From assembly GCA_026986575.1 (NCBI GenBank), contig JALSOH010000004.1, positions 224,001 to 288,000 of the forward strand: a DNA stretch of 64,000 nucleotides, given 5' to 3'. The notes under the pieces were generated by a model. The model saw only the letters and a list, made by a program, of their open reading frames with translations. It was not told the origin of the DNA and ran no database searches. The translations under genes were made by a program, and so were the position numbers. The stretch comes from Thermoproteota archaeon (GTDB taxonomy: Archaea > Korarchaeota > Korarchaeia > Korarchaeales > Korarchaeaceae). The number at the start of each line of letters is the position of its first letter. Position 1 is the stretch's first letter. This document shows positions 9,058 through 18,951 of this stretch, piece after piece.

Positions 9058-10065
9058 CTGTCTCGGGAGAAGAGAGATTATCCTAAGGCTGATGAACTTT
9101 CCTCTCAGGAAGAGGAGGAGCTAAAGTGTCCCAGATGCGGGAGCACTAACATAGTGGAGGATCCTGAAACCGGGGATCTGGTTTGCCAAGATTGTGGTCT
9201 CATTATAGATTCAAGCGTTCTGAACTTCTCGAAGGACTGGAGGGCCTTTGATTCAGATGAGTACATGGAGAGGGCTCATGCTGGTGCTCCGGTTACTCCA
9301 TTAAGACCGGGCTTCGGTCTTGACACTGAGATAACTCTTACTAGGGGGCTAAGCAAGAAATCCGTGAACCAGTTGAAGAGGACCCAGAAGCATGTGGCGG
9401 ACTCCAAGGAGAAGACCGTGGAACCTGCCCTAAGGAAGATAAGAGATGCTGCCGAGTCTCTAAATCTACCTCAAGAGACTGTCGAGGATGCGGCCACTCT
9501 CTACAGGATGGCCGCACGAGCTGGACTCGTTAAAGGGAGGAGTATGGATGCCATGGTAGCCGCGGTCATCTATGCCGCCTGTAGGAGAACCGATGTTCCT
9601 AGGACCTTAGAGGAGGTATCGAGGTACTTCTCTCTGGAGGAGAAAGAGGTCGGGAGGAGTTTCAGGTTCCTGTTCAGGAAGCTAGGGATACAAATACCTC
9701 CACCGAAACCGGAGAATTTCGTATATCTCATATGCTCTAAGCTGAACCTCCCTGAAGAGATCGCGACACAGGCAATAAGGATAATCAAGATAGCCAAGAA
9801 GAACGGAGCCACAATGGGAAGAGAGCCGGTAGGCGTGGCCGCAGCAGCGGTCTACATGGCCTGCCAAGAGTTAGGTATACATAGGACTCAGAGAGAGTTA
9901 GCTCAAGCAGCTAACGTTACTGAGGTCACTGTAAGGAATAGGTACAAGGAACTCATCCAGAAGGCCCGCAAAGAATGGTTAGATGAGATAGGAGAGGAAC
10001 GATTGAACGAAATAAAGAAGAGAATAGCCGAGAAAGTGAAAGCAGCCTCGCAGGTGAAAGAATAA
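9058..10065 (+). CDS. tfb: Transcription initiation factor IIB (TFB)
   Basis: Zn ribbon CPRC..CQDC, DWRAF B-reader, two cyclin repeats (GRS, VTEVTVRNRYKEL); start uncertain (ORF track 8932; CTG 9058 favoured). Confidence 0.95.
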   Translation: MSREKRDYPKADELSSQEEEELKCPRCGSTNIVEDPETGDLVCQDCGLIIDSSVLNFSKDWRAFDSDEYMERAHAGAPVTPLRPGFGLDTEITLTRGLSKKSVNQLKRTQKHVADSKEKTVEPALRKIRDAAESLNLPQETVEDAATLYRMAARAGLVKGRSMDAMVAAVIYAACRRTDVPRTLEEVSRYFSLEEKEVGRSFRFLFRKLGIQIPPPKPENFVYLICSKLNLPEEIATQAIRIIKIAKKNGATMGREPVGVAAAAVYMACQELGIHRTQRELAQAANVTEVTVRNRYKELIQKARKEWLDEIGEERLNEIKKRIAEKVKAASQVKE

Positions 10066-10105
10066 TCTTTTTATTCCCCCTTCAACGGCTCCATGGTGAG
10101 TGGGA

Positions 10106-10249
10106 ATGTATCAGTGCCTGAGGTGCGGTTACATCTTCACTAAAGAGGAGATGGAGGAATATTTCAAGGACTTCAAATGTCCGAGATGCGGGTACAGGAT
10201 CCTGAGGAAAGTGAGGAAAGAGGAACCCAAAGTGGTAAAGGCGATCTGA
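10106..10249 (+). CDS. rpoP: DNA-directed RNA polymerase subunit P (Rpo12)
   Basis: 47-aa ORF below the track cutoff: MYQCLRCGYIFTKEEMEEYFKDFKCPRCGYRILRKVRKEEPKVVKAI; GGTGA SD. Confidence 0.92.
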   Translation: MYQCLRCGYIFTKEEMEEYFKDFKCPRCGYRILRKVRKEEPKVVKAI

Positions 10250-10250
10250 G

Positions 10251-10829
10251 TTGCCAGCCGATCAGGCGAACGAGTGGTTAACAAAGGAAATACTCACACT
10301 GGCCGTACTATTCCTGATCTTCTTAGCCTTTTTCAAGGTAGCCCTACCCCTACTGACGGGTGTGGACTCCCCATTTACCGTGGTGACATCGGGATCGATG
10401 AGACCCACCTTGGAGGTGGGGGATCTACTCATAGTGGTAGGCGCTGATCCTTACGATCTAAAGGTGGGGGACATAATAGTGTTCAGAGTCCCTTGGTCGA
10501 GCTCGCTAATAGTTCACAGGATAATCCGAATAGATATGAGCACAAACGGGCCAGTCTTTTACACTAAGGGAGATAACAACGCGCTTCCTGATCCTGGTTT
10601 CAGGACCCCTAAGGACATATACGGCAAAGTGGTTCTCAGAATTCCCTACTTGGGTTCCGCTCTGGAGCTGCTCCAGTCTCTTCCAGCCAAGCTGGCAATC
10701 GTCGGAATTATTGCAGCATATCTCCTATATGAGTATTCCAATATGTTAGGAAGAGGGAGTACCGATAATGGGTCGTATGAGCTTTACACAACCGAGCAAG
10801 ACGATAACTTGGAAGAAACTCGAGATTAA
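10251..10829 (+). CDS. Signal peptidase I (Sec11-type)
   Basis: VVTSGSMRPTL..GDL, IVHR, TKGDNN..PD, IPYLG. Confidence 0.92.
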   Translation: MPADQANEWLTKEILTLAVLFLIFLAFFKVALPLLTGVDSPFTVVTSGSMRPTLEVGDLLIVVGADPYDLKVGDIIVFRVPWSSSLIVHRIIRIDMSTNGPVFYTKGDNNALPDPGFRTPKDIYGKVVLRIPYLGSALELLQSLPAKLAIVGIIAAYLLYEYSNMLGRGSTDNGSYELYTTEQDDNLEETRD

Positions 10830-10938
10830 AGTGATTAGAGGCATCTAGTGGGAGATACAGGGGACCTCAGCGAGGAAGGTAACTGCCTCTCCTTTATATA
10901 TAACGGGTCACCCGGATAGTAGTGAAACGGGGAAAACT

Positions 10939-11574
10939 ATGTCATTCGACGATAGCGAAAGCGAAGTAATGGAAGAAAAATCCACGGAAAAGGAAGATGT
11001 GGAAGAGATTTTAAGAAGGCTTAGGGAGCCCGAGATAACCATCCAGAACGTCGTGTCATCAGCGGACATAAGGCAGAGGCTCGATCTACACGAGATTGCC
11101 AAGAAGATAAAGAAATCAAGGTATGATCCGGAGAAGTTCCCCGGATTAGTGCTCAAGCTCGATGAACCCAAGGCTGCCCTCCTGCTCTTCAGCAGTGGGA
11201 AGTTCGTATGCACTGGCACTAAGTCCGTAGAGGAATCGGCTAGAGCTATAAATGCTGCAATAGAGGTCCTCAAGAAGCATGGGATAGAGGTCAAAAGGAG
11301 ACCCCTCATCAAGGCTGAGAACATAGTTGCATCGGCAAAGCTCTTCATCAAGGTGGACATAGAGAAGCTGGCTTTGGAGCTTCCTAACACTCTCTACGAG
11401 CCAGAACAGTTCCCAGGTCTAATCTTCAGGATGAAGGATCCTGACGTCGTTTTCCTAATATTCGCCTCCGGAAGCTTAGTTTGTACCGGTGCGAAGAAGG
11501 AGTCTGACGTAAAGAGGGCAGTCTACAAACTGAGGAGGATCCTAGCCGAAGGAGGATACCTAGTTTTCGATTGA
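10939..11574 (+). CDS. tbp: TATA-box-binding protein
   Basis: Two TBP repeats: IQNVVSS/YDPEKFPGL/FSSGKFVCTG and ENIVAS/YEPEQFPGL/FASGSLVCTG. Confidence 0.97.
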   Translation: MSFDDSESEVMEEKSTEKEDVEEILRRLREPEITIQNVVSSADIRQRLDLHEIAKKIKKSRYDPEKFPGLVLKLDEPKAALLLFSSGKFVCTGTKSVEESARAINAAIEVLKKHGIEVKRRPLIKAENIVASAKLFIKVDIEKLALELPNTLYEPEQFPGLIFRMKDPDVVFLIFASGSLVCTGAKKESDVKRAVYKLRRILAEGGYLVFD

Positions 11575-11639
11575 ATACTGGTTCTCCCGACTCCAGCCCT
11601 TTTTATTTTAGTCAGGCGTTAGCTGTGGGGGGTGGGTCC

Positions 11640-12737
11640 ATGGTAAAGACAACAGTCTCGGTTATTAAAGCCGATATAGGGGGCCTGGCTGGGCATCACG
11701 TGGTTCACCCTAAGCTCAAGGAAGTAGCTGCTCAGGAGCTGTCTAGAGCCAAAGACTCTAGGCTTATAGAGGATTTCTACGTGACAGCAGTGGGAGACGA
11801 TCTTCAGCTTATAATGACACACAGGAAGGGAGTAGAGAACCCTGAAATCCACGAACTAGCTTGGAATGTTTTCAAGGAAGGTACTGAGGTGGCGAAGGAG
11901 TTAGGACTCTATGGCGCGGGACAGGACCTCCTGAAGGATGCGTTCTCAGGGAACCTAAAGGGTATGGGGCCTGGAGTGGCTGAAATGGAGTTCGAAGAGA
12001 GACCCTCCGATCCTGTAATTGTGTTCATGGCAGATAAGACCGAACCGGGCGCCTTCAACCTTCCCATGTTCCGGATATTCGCGGATCCCTTCAACACGGC
12101 TGGCTTGGTTATAGACCCTAGGCTCCACGACGGTTTCATATTCGAGATAATGGATGTGATGGAGAGCAAGGTCGTGGAGATGTCCTCTCCGGAGGAGATG
12201 TACGACATTCTCTCCCTAATCGGTACCCCCGGCAGGTATGTGATACGCAGGGTGTTTAGGAAGTCCGATAGAGAGATAGCGGCCGTGGTCAGTACAACTA
12301 GGCTGAACCTGATCGCTGGTAAGTACGTGGGTAAGGACGATCCTGTGGCTATAGTTAGGGCGCAAAGCGGATTTCCGGCGCTAGGAGAGGTGCTAGAACC
12401 TTTCTCGTTCCCCTTCTTGGTGGCTGGCTGGATGAGGGGATCTCATCACGGTCCCCTCATGCCCGTCTCCGAGGCCGACGCGAGGCCCAGTAGATTCGAT
12501 GGTCCTCCCAGAATAGTCGCCTTAGGATTCCAAGTGCAGGACTCTAAGCTAATAGGACCGAGCGATCTCTTCTCTGATGTGGCCTTCGATGAAGCTAGGA
12601 GAATGGCTAACATGATAACTGACTACATGAGGAGGCACGGTCCCTTCATGCCACATAGGCTCGGACCCGAGGAGATGGAGTACACGACCTTGCCCAAGGT
12701 ACTGGAGAAATTAAAGGACAGGTTCAAGCCCGAGTGA
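11640..12737 (+). CDS. fbp: Fructose-1,6-bisphosphate aldolase/phosphatase (class V)
   Basis: SVIKADIG, GDD, LYGAGQDLLKDAFSGN, DKTEPGA, YVGKDDP, GWMRGSH; ATG at 11640. Confidence 0.96.
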   Translation: MVKTTVSVIKADIGGLAGHHVVHPKLKEVAAQELSRAKDSRLIEDFYVTAVGDDLQLIMTHRKGVENPEIHELAWNVFKEGTEVAKELGLYGAGQDLLKDAFSGNLKGMGPGVAEMEFEERPSDPVIVFMADKTEPGAFNLPMFRIFADPFNTAGLVIDPRLHDGFIFEIMDVMESKVVEMSSPEEMYDILSLIGTPGRYVIRRVFRKSDREIAAVVSTTRLNLIAGKYVGKDDPVAIVRAQSGFPALGEVLEPFSFPFLVAGWMRGSHHGPLMPVSEADARPSRFDGPPRIVALGFQVQDSKLIGPSDLFSDVAFDEARRMANMITDYMRRHGPFMPHRLGPEEMEYTTLPKVLEKLKDRFKPE

Positions 12738-13413
12738 TTTCCACGAAAGGCCTCACTAACTCCTCCATTTTTTCGTAGGGATTCGGGCTTTTGGCTACAG
12801 CAGAGGCAACAAGCACTCCATAGCTACCGAGTCTTATCGCAGCTCTTACATCTTCTCCACTGGTGATTCCCGCACCGCAGAGGAGATCAACGTCAGGATT
12901 GACGTCTATCACGGCCTTAAGCGAGTTCTGAACGACTTCCGGCTTAGCCTTGGACACGGGAATGCCCGTTCCGATGAGCTCAGGAGGTTCTATGGCGACC
13001 GCGTCTGGGGATAAGGCCGCAACGGCCGCCGACTCTTGAGGCGTTGGAGCGCAGACTATGGGCGAGAGACCCAATTCCTTCAGCTTTGTAACGGCCACGC
13101 CTATATGATGAAGTTCTATCTGCTTCTCAGAATGGTTCAACAGGGAACCTCTAGCACCAGACTTCTTTACGAGTTCAGGCGGAATTTGACCCGTGTGAGC
13201 CCCCGGGTCTATAGGATCCACATGCTGAGAGTACACTGGAATATCAACGCTTTCCGCCACTACTTTCAAATCCAGTAAATTCGGCGCGACGCCGATGAGA
13301 ACTCCAGTTTCCCTCCATACTCTCTCCGCCTGCCTAGCTATCTCCACAGCCTTCTCTCCTGAAGCCTGTGAGTATGCCTTCAGGTTAACCAGCAGCCTAG
13401 GAACATCTGTCAT
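12724..13413 (-). CDS. tpiA: Triosephosphate isomerase (archaeal type)
   Basis: NLKAY, QHVD, LNHSE, EPPELIGTG, GAGI, GVLVAS. Confidence 0.96.
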   Translation of the reverse strand: MTDVPRLLVNLKAYSQASGEKAVEIARQAERVWRETGVLIGVAPNLLDLKVVAESVDIPVYSQHVDPIDPGAHTGQIPPELVKKSGARGSLLNHSEKQIELHHIGVAVTKLKELGLSPIVCAPTPQESAAVAALSPDAVAIEPPELIGTGIPVSKAKPEVVQNSLKAVIDVNPDVDLLCGAGITSGEDVRAAIRLGSYGVLVASAVAKSPNPYEKMEELVRPFVEITRA

Positions 13414-13471
13414 AATTTAGTCGCCCTCCCAAATCTTAATCAGCTTTTTGTAGGTGAGAGTCTCGATTGAA

Positions 13472-14335
13472 ATGAAGCTGGATTACAGGTGCCCCGCTTG
13501 TATATTGAAAGTGGCAGCTAGAGAGGCTACATATGTACCGACCGACAAGAGACTTCCCTTTATAAGGGATGTAGTGCGCGTCCTACACTCTATGGTGGAC
13601 GAGGCGCCTACCCCCGCTCACATAGCGGCCGAGAGGGAGAAGCTCCTCAGATCCTATTCTGGATCGGAAGATCCCTATGCGACCAGAAAGTGGGAGCTAA
13701 TCGAACTAGTTCGAAAGGATCTAGTTCCCCTGATAGAGGAAGAGCTAGTCAACCTTCCTGAGGGCTACCACAAGTTTAGATGGCTTGCCCTGAACTCTGC
13801 ATCGGCGAATGGGTACGAAGTCCCACTAATGGGAGGGAAGGACCTAATAGATAGGTTCACCAAGGTGGTAGCTAGGGATCTAGAGATAGACAGCACCGAG
13901 GAGGCGTTCGATATAATAACCAAAGCTGGTCCAGGGGACATAATATCCTTCATCTTCGACAACGCCCACGAAGCTCCAATAGACCTAATCTTAGTCAGGT
14001 ACCTAGAACAGATGGGCAAGACCGTATATCTGTTTGCGAAAAAGTCTCCCGTGGCTGATGATCTGACCGTAGAGGAATTACGATCACTACACAGGTCACC
14101 CTATATCTTCGGCCTAAGCTCCCCGCTTGGAGTCATGCCTGAGAAGGAGACGGAGGTTAACATGAACATCCTCAGATCCTCGAAGCTAATTATAGCCAAG
14201 GGGATGGCCAATTACGAGACCCTCACCGAGGTAGACTTAGGTGTAAAGGTGTTACACTTGCTCACACTAAAATGCGAGGCTGTTGCAGAACATGCTGGTG
14301 GAAAGCTGGGGAGTCCAGTAGCTATAATGAGGTGA
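13472..14335 (+). CDS. DUF89/ARMT1-like metal-dependent damage-control phosphatase
   Basis: CPAC N-terminus, DPYATRK, DNAHE, KGMANYE, KCEAVA. Confidence 0.8.
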   Translation: MKLDYRCPACILKVAAREATYVPTDKRLPFIRDVVRVLHSMVDEAPTPAHIAAEREKLLRSYSGSEDPYATRKWELIELVRKDLVPLIEEELVNLPEGYHKFRWLALNSASANGYEVPLMGGKDLIDRFTKVVARDLEIDSTEEAFDIITKAGPGDIISFIFDNAHEAPIDLILVRYLEQMGKTVYLFAKKSPVADDLTVEELRSLHRSPYIFGLSSPLGVMPEKETEVNMNILRSSKLIIAKGMANYETLTEVDLGVKVLHLLTLKCEAVAEHAGGKLGSPVAIMR

Positions 14336-14339
14336 TAGG

Positions 14340-14954
14340 ATGGCGGAGTTCTCTATGGAGGATGGAGAATACCTAGTCAAGCTAGCTAGAAAATCCATAG
14401 AGCACTATATGGAAAGAAGGTCAGTTCTCGAGGTCGATCCTCCCTATTACAAACTGAAGAGCCCTTATGGAGCCTTCGTAACCCTGAACAAATACCCAGA
14501 GGGGGATCTTAGGGGCTGCATAGGTTATCCGGAACCCGTTCTACCCCTTTACAGGGCCGTCATAAGAGCAGCAATAGCGGCGGCTTTCGAGGATCCGAGA
14601 TTCCCTCCTCTAGCTAAGGAGGAGCTCGATAGGGTCACAATAGAGGTCTCAATACTGACCCCTCCTGAGAGGATAGACGACAAAGTGGAGAGCAGACTCG
14701 ACCTATGGAGGCTAGTGACAGTGGGAAAGCACGGGCTGATAGTTCGCCGTGGTATGTATTCCGGCCTCCTGCTTCCACAGGTTGCCGTGGAATACTCTTG
14801 GGACTCCGAAGAATTTCTAAGCCAGACTTGTATCAAAGCCGGAATGTGGGTGGACTGCTGGCTCAAGGAAGGAACTGAAGTATATAGATTCACTGCAGAG
14901 ATCTTTGAGGAAGAGGAACCTAAGGGACGGATCGTCAGGAAGGAGATAGGATAA
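14340..14954 (+). CDS. AMMECR1 family protein (TIGR00296)
   Basis: GAFVTL, LRGCIG, DPRFPP, EVSILT, GLLLPQV. Confidence 0.92.
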   Translation: MAEFSMEDGEYLVKLARKSIEHYMERRSVLEVDPPYYKLKSPYGAFVTLNKYPEGDLRGCIGYPEPVLPLYRAVIRAAIAAAFEDPRFPPLAKEELDRVTIEVSILTPPERIDDKVESRLDLWRLVTVGKHGLIVRRGMYSGLLLPQVAVEYSWDSEEFLSQTCIKAGMWVDCWLKEGTEVYRFTAEIFEEEEPKGRIVRKEIG

Positions 14955-14965
14955 GGTTTGATCGC

Positions 14966-16147
14966 ATGCCGAGGGCCTACTTCTCACCTTTAGGCATAGG
15001 GTACGGACACGCGTCTAGGTCCTTGAACCTAGCTATGAGGCTGAAGAAAGAGGGATTCTCCATCTTCTTCTCAGCCTACGGAGACGCCATCTCTTATCTG
15101 ATGGGGGCGGAGGGAGTGGAGGTTGTGGATTGTGGTGACGAGATGGTATGGAAGCAGAAGCCGGATGGAAGCCCTGACCTCTGGGGGACGCTCAAGAGCT
15201 TATCTGAACTAAGGAGGTTCCTCCACCACATAAAGAAGGAGAAGGAGAACATAGAAGTGGCATCTCCAGATGTCGTAGTATCCGACTCCAGAATATCGAC
15301 ATTGATCGCAGCTCAGTACCTAGGAGTGCCCAGCGTCGTGGTGCTAAATCAACCTAAGTTACTTCTCTCGCCCCTCATGAGGAGGAACGCGCCTCCAGAT
15401 GATCTGAGTGATAGCGAGGGTTACAGCGTACTATCCACAGTGGTGGAGAAGCTACTTAACACAGCGATAACTAGGTTCTGGGGGCTCTCCCAAGCGTCAA
15501 TAATAGCAGATTTTCCTCCACCCTTCAGCATATCCAAGTACCACACCTCGGATCTCCCGAAACCCCTCATGGACAGGATAGTCTTCTCAGGCCCCCTGAT
15601 AGAGCCCAACTGCAGGCCGGACAGGGAAGAGGATGTGATCCTGATAATGATATCCGGACCAGGCGCCGAGAGAAAGTCCCTAGCGGGTGTTATACTGAAA
15701 CTCCTGAATAACATACCAGAGGACTTCAAGGATTACGAATTCATAGTATCCTTGGGTGAACCGTCCAATCCCGGAGATGAGGAGGTTCGGGACAACGTGA
15801 GGATATACAACTGGTTGCCTGATAAGTGGAGCGTCTTGGAGAGGGCTAGGCTGGTGGTTTCCAGAGCTGGGCATACGACTATCGCAGAGGCTCTCATGTG
15901 CGGGAAGCCTCTCCTGTTGATACCCGTTCCGGGACAGACGGAAAAAATGGAGAACGCTCGCTCCATAGAGGAGATGGGTCTGGGCAGGATGGTCAGGCAG
16001 TCTGAGGTGGAGGCTAGGTTCTTTGAGATGTTGAGATTCCTGCTTAAGCAAGAGTATGAGAAGAGGGTTAAGATATTCAGGGAGAGATTTAAAGACTGGA
16101 ATTTCCTAGATAGGGCAGCTGGGATAATAGAGTCAGTTCTCTATTGA
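14966..16147 (+). CDS. GT-B glycosyltransferase (GT28/MJ1255-like)
   Basis: GIGYGHASR, SRAGHTTIAEAL, P.PGQTEKMENA. Confidence 0.85.
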   Translation: MPRAYFSPLGIGYGHASRSLNLAMRLKKEGFSIFFSAYGDAISYLMGAEGVEVVDCGDEMVWKQKPDGSPDLWGTLKSLSELRRFLHHIKKEKENIEVASPDVVVSDSRISTLIAAQYLGVPSVVVLNQPKLLLSPLMRRNAPPDDLSDSEGYSVLSTVVEKLLNTAITRFWGLSQASIIADFPPPFSISKYHTSDLPKPLMDRIVFSGPLIEPNCRPDREEDVILIMISGPGAERKSLAGVILKLLNNIPEDFKDYEFIVSLGEPSNPGDEEVRDNVRIYNWLPDKWSVLERARLVVSRAGHTTIAEALMCGKPLLLIPVPGQTEKMENARSIEEMGLGRMVRQSEVEARFFEMLRFLLKQEYEKRVKIFRERFKDWNFLDRAAGIIESVLY

Positions 16148-16632
16148 ACTAAAGATTTGGTTACTGCCCATCTCAGTGCTCTGAAGATCCTCTCCAAATT
16201 CTGCGGTTCTTCGACTTGGATCCTTATTGCTCTGAGTCTGCCGTCCGGATACTCATCCACTTCGCATCTCCCCCCGTACTCCTCAACTTTTCTCACGAGG
16301 AACGAGCTTATAGGCCTCTCTCTGGCATCTATCACCACGTTTTCGGTCGGTACGAACACAATACTGCCCGTTCTCTTGTTAACTCTGGCGATACCGATCA
16401 AAGTACCGGCATCCGAGGTGAGCCTCCTCTCCTCCACATCCTTAGGCTGCTGAATCTCAGGTTCCGGCTTAAGTTGATCCGCAGTCACCAAGGTCTGCTC
16501 CAGCAAGACCTGATCAAGGGCCTCGACCATCTCCCTCAACTGGAGGAGTTCACTCTCCAACTTTTCGATCCTCTTCTTCAAGAACTCCCTGAGCTTGAGT
16601 AAATTCTTTATCCTCTCACTCCTTTCGGACAA
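16141..16632 (-). CDS. Hypothetical protein with N-terminal coiled coil
   Basis: Heptad-rich N-terminus followed by a globular C-terminal part; translationally coupled to lysS. Confidence 0.65.
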   Translation of the reverse strand: MSERSERIKNLLKLREFLKKRIEKLESELLQLREMVEALDQVLLEQTLVTADQLKPEPEIQQPKDVEERRLTSDAGTLIGIARVNKRTGSIVFVPTENVVIDARERPISSFLVRKVEEYGGRCEVDEYPDGRLRAIRIQVEEPQNLERIFRALRWAVTKSLVQ

Positions 16633-18238
16633 CCCTACCTTCCTCCAAGGATTTCCTGTACAGGTCCTTAAATCTGTTCACGCCGACCCTCGAGATGAGG
16701 GGGCCTAATTTGGGGCCCTGTGGCTGACCCAATAGTATCATGTATAGGGCTCTGAAGAACTCCCTTACTGGTACACCCTTGCCCCTAGCGGTCTCGAACG
16801 CCAGGTTCTGTATGTCTTCGTCGCTCATATCCTCAGAAAGACTGTCTATAAAGGAGTTCACTGCTTCAAGAACTTTACCGTTTATCTCCACAGTTCCGAG
16901 CTCTCTACTGCCGAAGTTCTCCACGTAATTCTTGGCGTAATACACGTATCTCCTGAAGATGTCGTCGCTCAGCAGGGAATCGGGATCCACGCCGTAGTAC
17001 TTTGAGATGAGGTCAGCAGCCACCCTCAGCAACTCTTCGAAGCCTATATCTCTCGGAAGCATCGATACGACATTGAGGACCGCGGAGTACCTGTAAGGCC
17101 AAGGCTCAGGGACGCCCTCCATCAAATAGGTGAACTCCATGAGCCTCTTCAGAGTGATGCGATCTCTTTCACTCCTTATCCTCTCCAAGTTGTGATACTT
17201 CCTAACGTTGTTTTCCAGCTCGTTTATGTAGAGAGGAGAGCTCTGCAGAGATATGCTCCTAGTCCCGTGGTATCTCTTGAACATGAGCATCCTCAAGGCC
17301 TCAGGTGGGGAGAATTCCATCCACATCTGGGGTGTTATGACGTTACCGGCGCTCTTACTTATCTTCCTCTTAGTGGAATCTAGGAACATCTCATACATTA
17401 CCGTGAGTGGTGGCTCGTACCCCAAGACTTCCCTAGCTATCCTCTCGTTCACCCTGAACGAGTCGGTTATGTCCTTCCCGTGAGGTTCGAACACTATCCC
17501 TAACGCAGCCCACCTGGCTGCGAACTCTCCCTTCCAAGAGAGCTTACCATCTCCCCTCAGATATGAGGCCTCACCGACATACCCGCATCCCTTTATCCCC
17601 TTGAACTCCTGATCACAGGCGTAGATGACCTTGCCCTCCTCGGGAATAACCTTCAGCACCCTAGTTGTATATATCCTACCGCATCTCTCGCATCTAGGCC
17701 AGTAATGAATCCATCCCTCCGGTTTACTCGATCCTACCTCCTCTCTGATTATTCTGTCGACCTTACTGTTATTCTTCAATAGTTTAGAGACCTGCTCGTC
17801 CAACAAACCGGATTTATAGGCCTCGGTCCCGGAGATGAACGTGAACTCTATGCCCAACTTCTCCAAGGCGTCTATCAACATGGAGCTCATGTGTTCCCCG
17901 TAGCTGGAATGGCATCCCCAAGGATCGGGGATCTCACTCACCGGCATTCCCAAGTACTTGGAGTATTCCTCGGGCACTCCTGCAGGTACCTTTCTCAGCC
18001 CGTCTCTATCATCGCTGTACGCTATCAACTCGCTCTTGTATCCCAGCTCCTCCAGAGCCAGCTTGACCCCATAGGCCCTGAGCGAATCTCCTACAGAACC
18101 TATGTGAGGAAAGCCGCTTGCCCCTATCCCTGATTCCACTCTCAAAACATCTATCTTCCTTCCGAGCCTCTCTTCCCTCTCTATTATATCCCTAGCTATT
18201 TTATCCAGCCAGAAGTGAGGCCTCCTCTCTGAACCCAT
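16616..18238 (-). CDS. lysS: Lysine--tRNA ligase, class I
   Basis: ESGIGASGFPHIGS (HIGH), KISKSAGN (KMSKS), Zn-binding CERC, GPKLG anticodon domain. Confidence 0.95.
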   Translation of the reverse strand: MGSERRPHFWLDKIARDIIEREERLGRKIDVLRVESGIGASGFPHIGSVGDSLRAYGVKLALEELGYKSELIAYSDDRDGLRKVPAGVPEEYSKYLGMPVSEIPDPWGCHSSYGEHMSSMLIDALEKLGIEFTFISGTEAYKSGLLDEQVSKLLKNNSKVDRIIREEVGSSKPEGWIHYWPRCERCGRIYTTRVLKVIPEEGKVIYACDQEFKGIKGCGYVGEASYLRGDGKLSWKGEFAARWAALGIVFEPHGKDITDSFRVNERIAREVLGYEPPLTVMYEMFLDSTKRKISKSAGNVITPQMWMEFSPPEALRMLMFKRYHGTRSISLQSSPLYINELENNVRKYHNLERIRSERDRITLKRLMEFTYLMEGVPEPWPYRYSAVLNVVSMLPRDIGFEELLRVAADLISKYYGVDPDSLLSDDIFRRYVYYAKNYVENFGSRELGTVEINGKVLEAVNSFIDSLSEDMSDEDIQNLAFETARGKGVPVREFFRALYMILLGQPQGPKLGPLISRVGVNRFKDLYRKSLEEGRVVRKE

Positions 18239-18312
18239 GTAGATCGGTCCTACCGGTCGGGGAGCAATAAGAAATTTACCCAAAAATTAGAGGGGGTTTT
18301 CTCCCCCCGGGC

Positions 18313-18594
18313 TCACACCTGGGTGAGCTCGATCTCTATTACGCTTATGTCCCTCCTGCTACCGTTTTCGTCGATGATCTCCTCAGTGCCAGTTCTGAGG
18401 TCAGTTATCTTGATCTTGCCAGGGAAGTACTTGAGCCTAGTTATCTCAGCCACATCGACAGCCCTAGATATGGACCTACCCCTGGCCTTTAACACGATCT
18501 TCTTCACACCCCTGTTTATCTGGAGAGTGGTAGCCATAACGTAGTTGATAGCAGGCTTCTTACCAACATAGACGATTCCTTCTTCAGCCACCAT
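18313..18594 (-). CDS. albA: DNA/RNA-binding protein Alba
   Basis: YVGKKPAINYV, KARGRSISRAVDVAE, ISVIEIEL. Confidence 0.95.
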   Translation of the reverse strand: MVAEEGIVYVGKKPAINYVMATTLQINRGVKKIVLKARGRSISRAVDVAEITRLKYFPGKIKITDLRTGTEEIIDENGSRRDISVIEIELTQV

Positions 18595-18689
18595 GCGTAT
18601 CACCTCTCTATCCTCTGTAGGCCCGCCTCTTTCACTGGGGAGCCTGGAGGGCGAGCTGTGTCTGACTCACCACTCAGCAATTAAAAAAG

Positions 18690-18950
18690 TTACTCTCGCT
18701 TCAGAAGCTTCCTAACATCTAGGAGGGAGATCTTCTCCCCTTCCCTCCTCTCCAAGATGAGGGGCAACTTTCCCTTCTCCAGCTCCAATTTAGCTAGCTC
18801 GACGGGATCGGTCAAACCTTCGGGTATCTCGTTCTCATCTAAAAAGAGGGGAGAGCCAGCTGCGATCTGCTGGGCCCTAATGGATATTATCCTTATGCGT
18901 TCGAACTTGGTAAGCCTCTTGGGACCCAGCAGATCGCTATTAGCTGTCAC
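18690..18950 (-). CDS. rpoK: RNA polymerase subunit K (Rpo6)
   Basis: LTKFERIRIISIRAQQIAAGSP, LAKLELEKGKLPLILER. Confidence 0.92.
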   Translation of the reverse strand: MTANSDLLGPKRLTKFERIRIISIRAQQIAAGSPLFLDENEIPEGLTDPVELAKLELEKGKLPLILERREGEKISLLDVRKLLKRE

Positions 18951-18951
18951 C

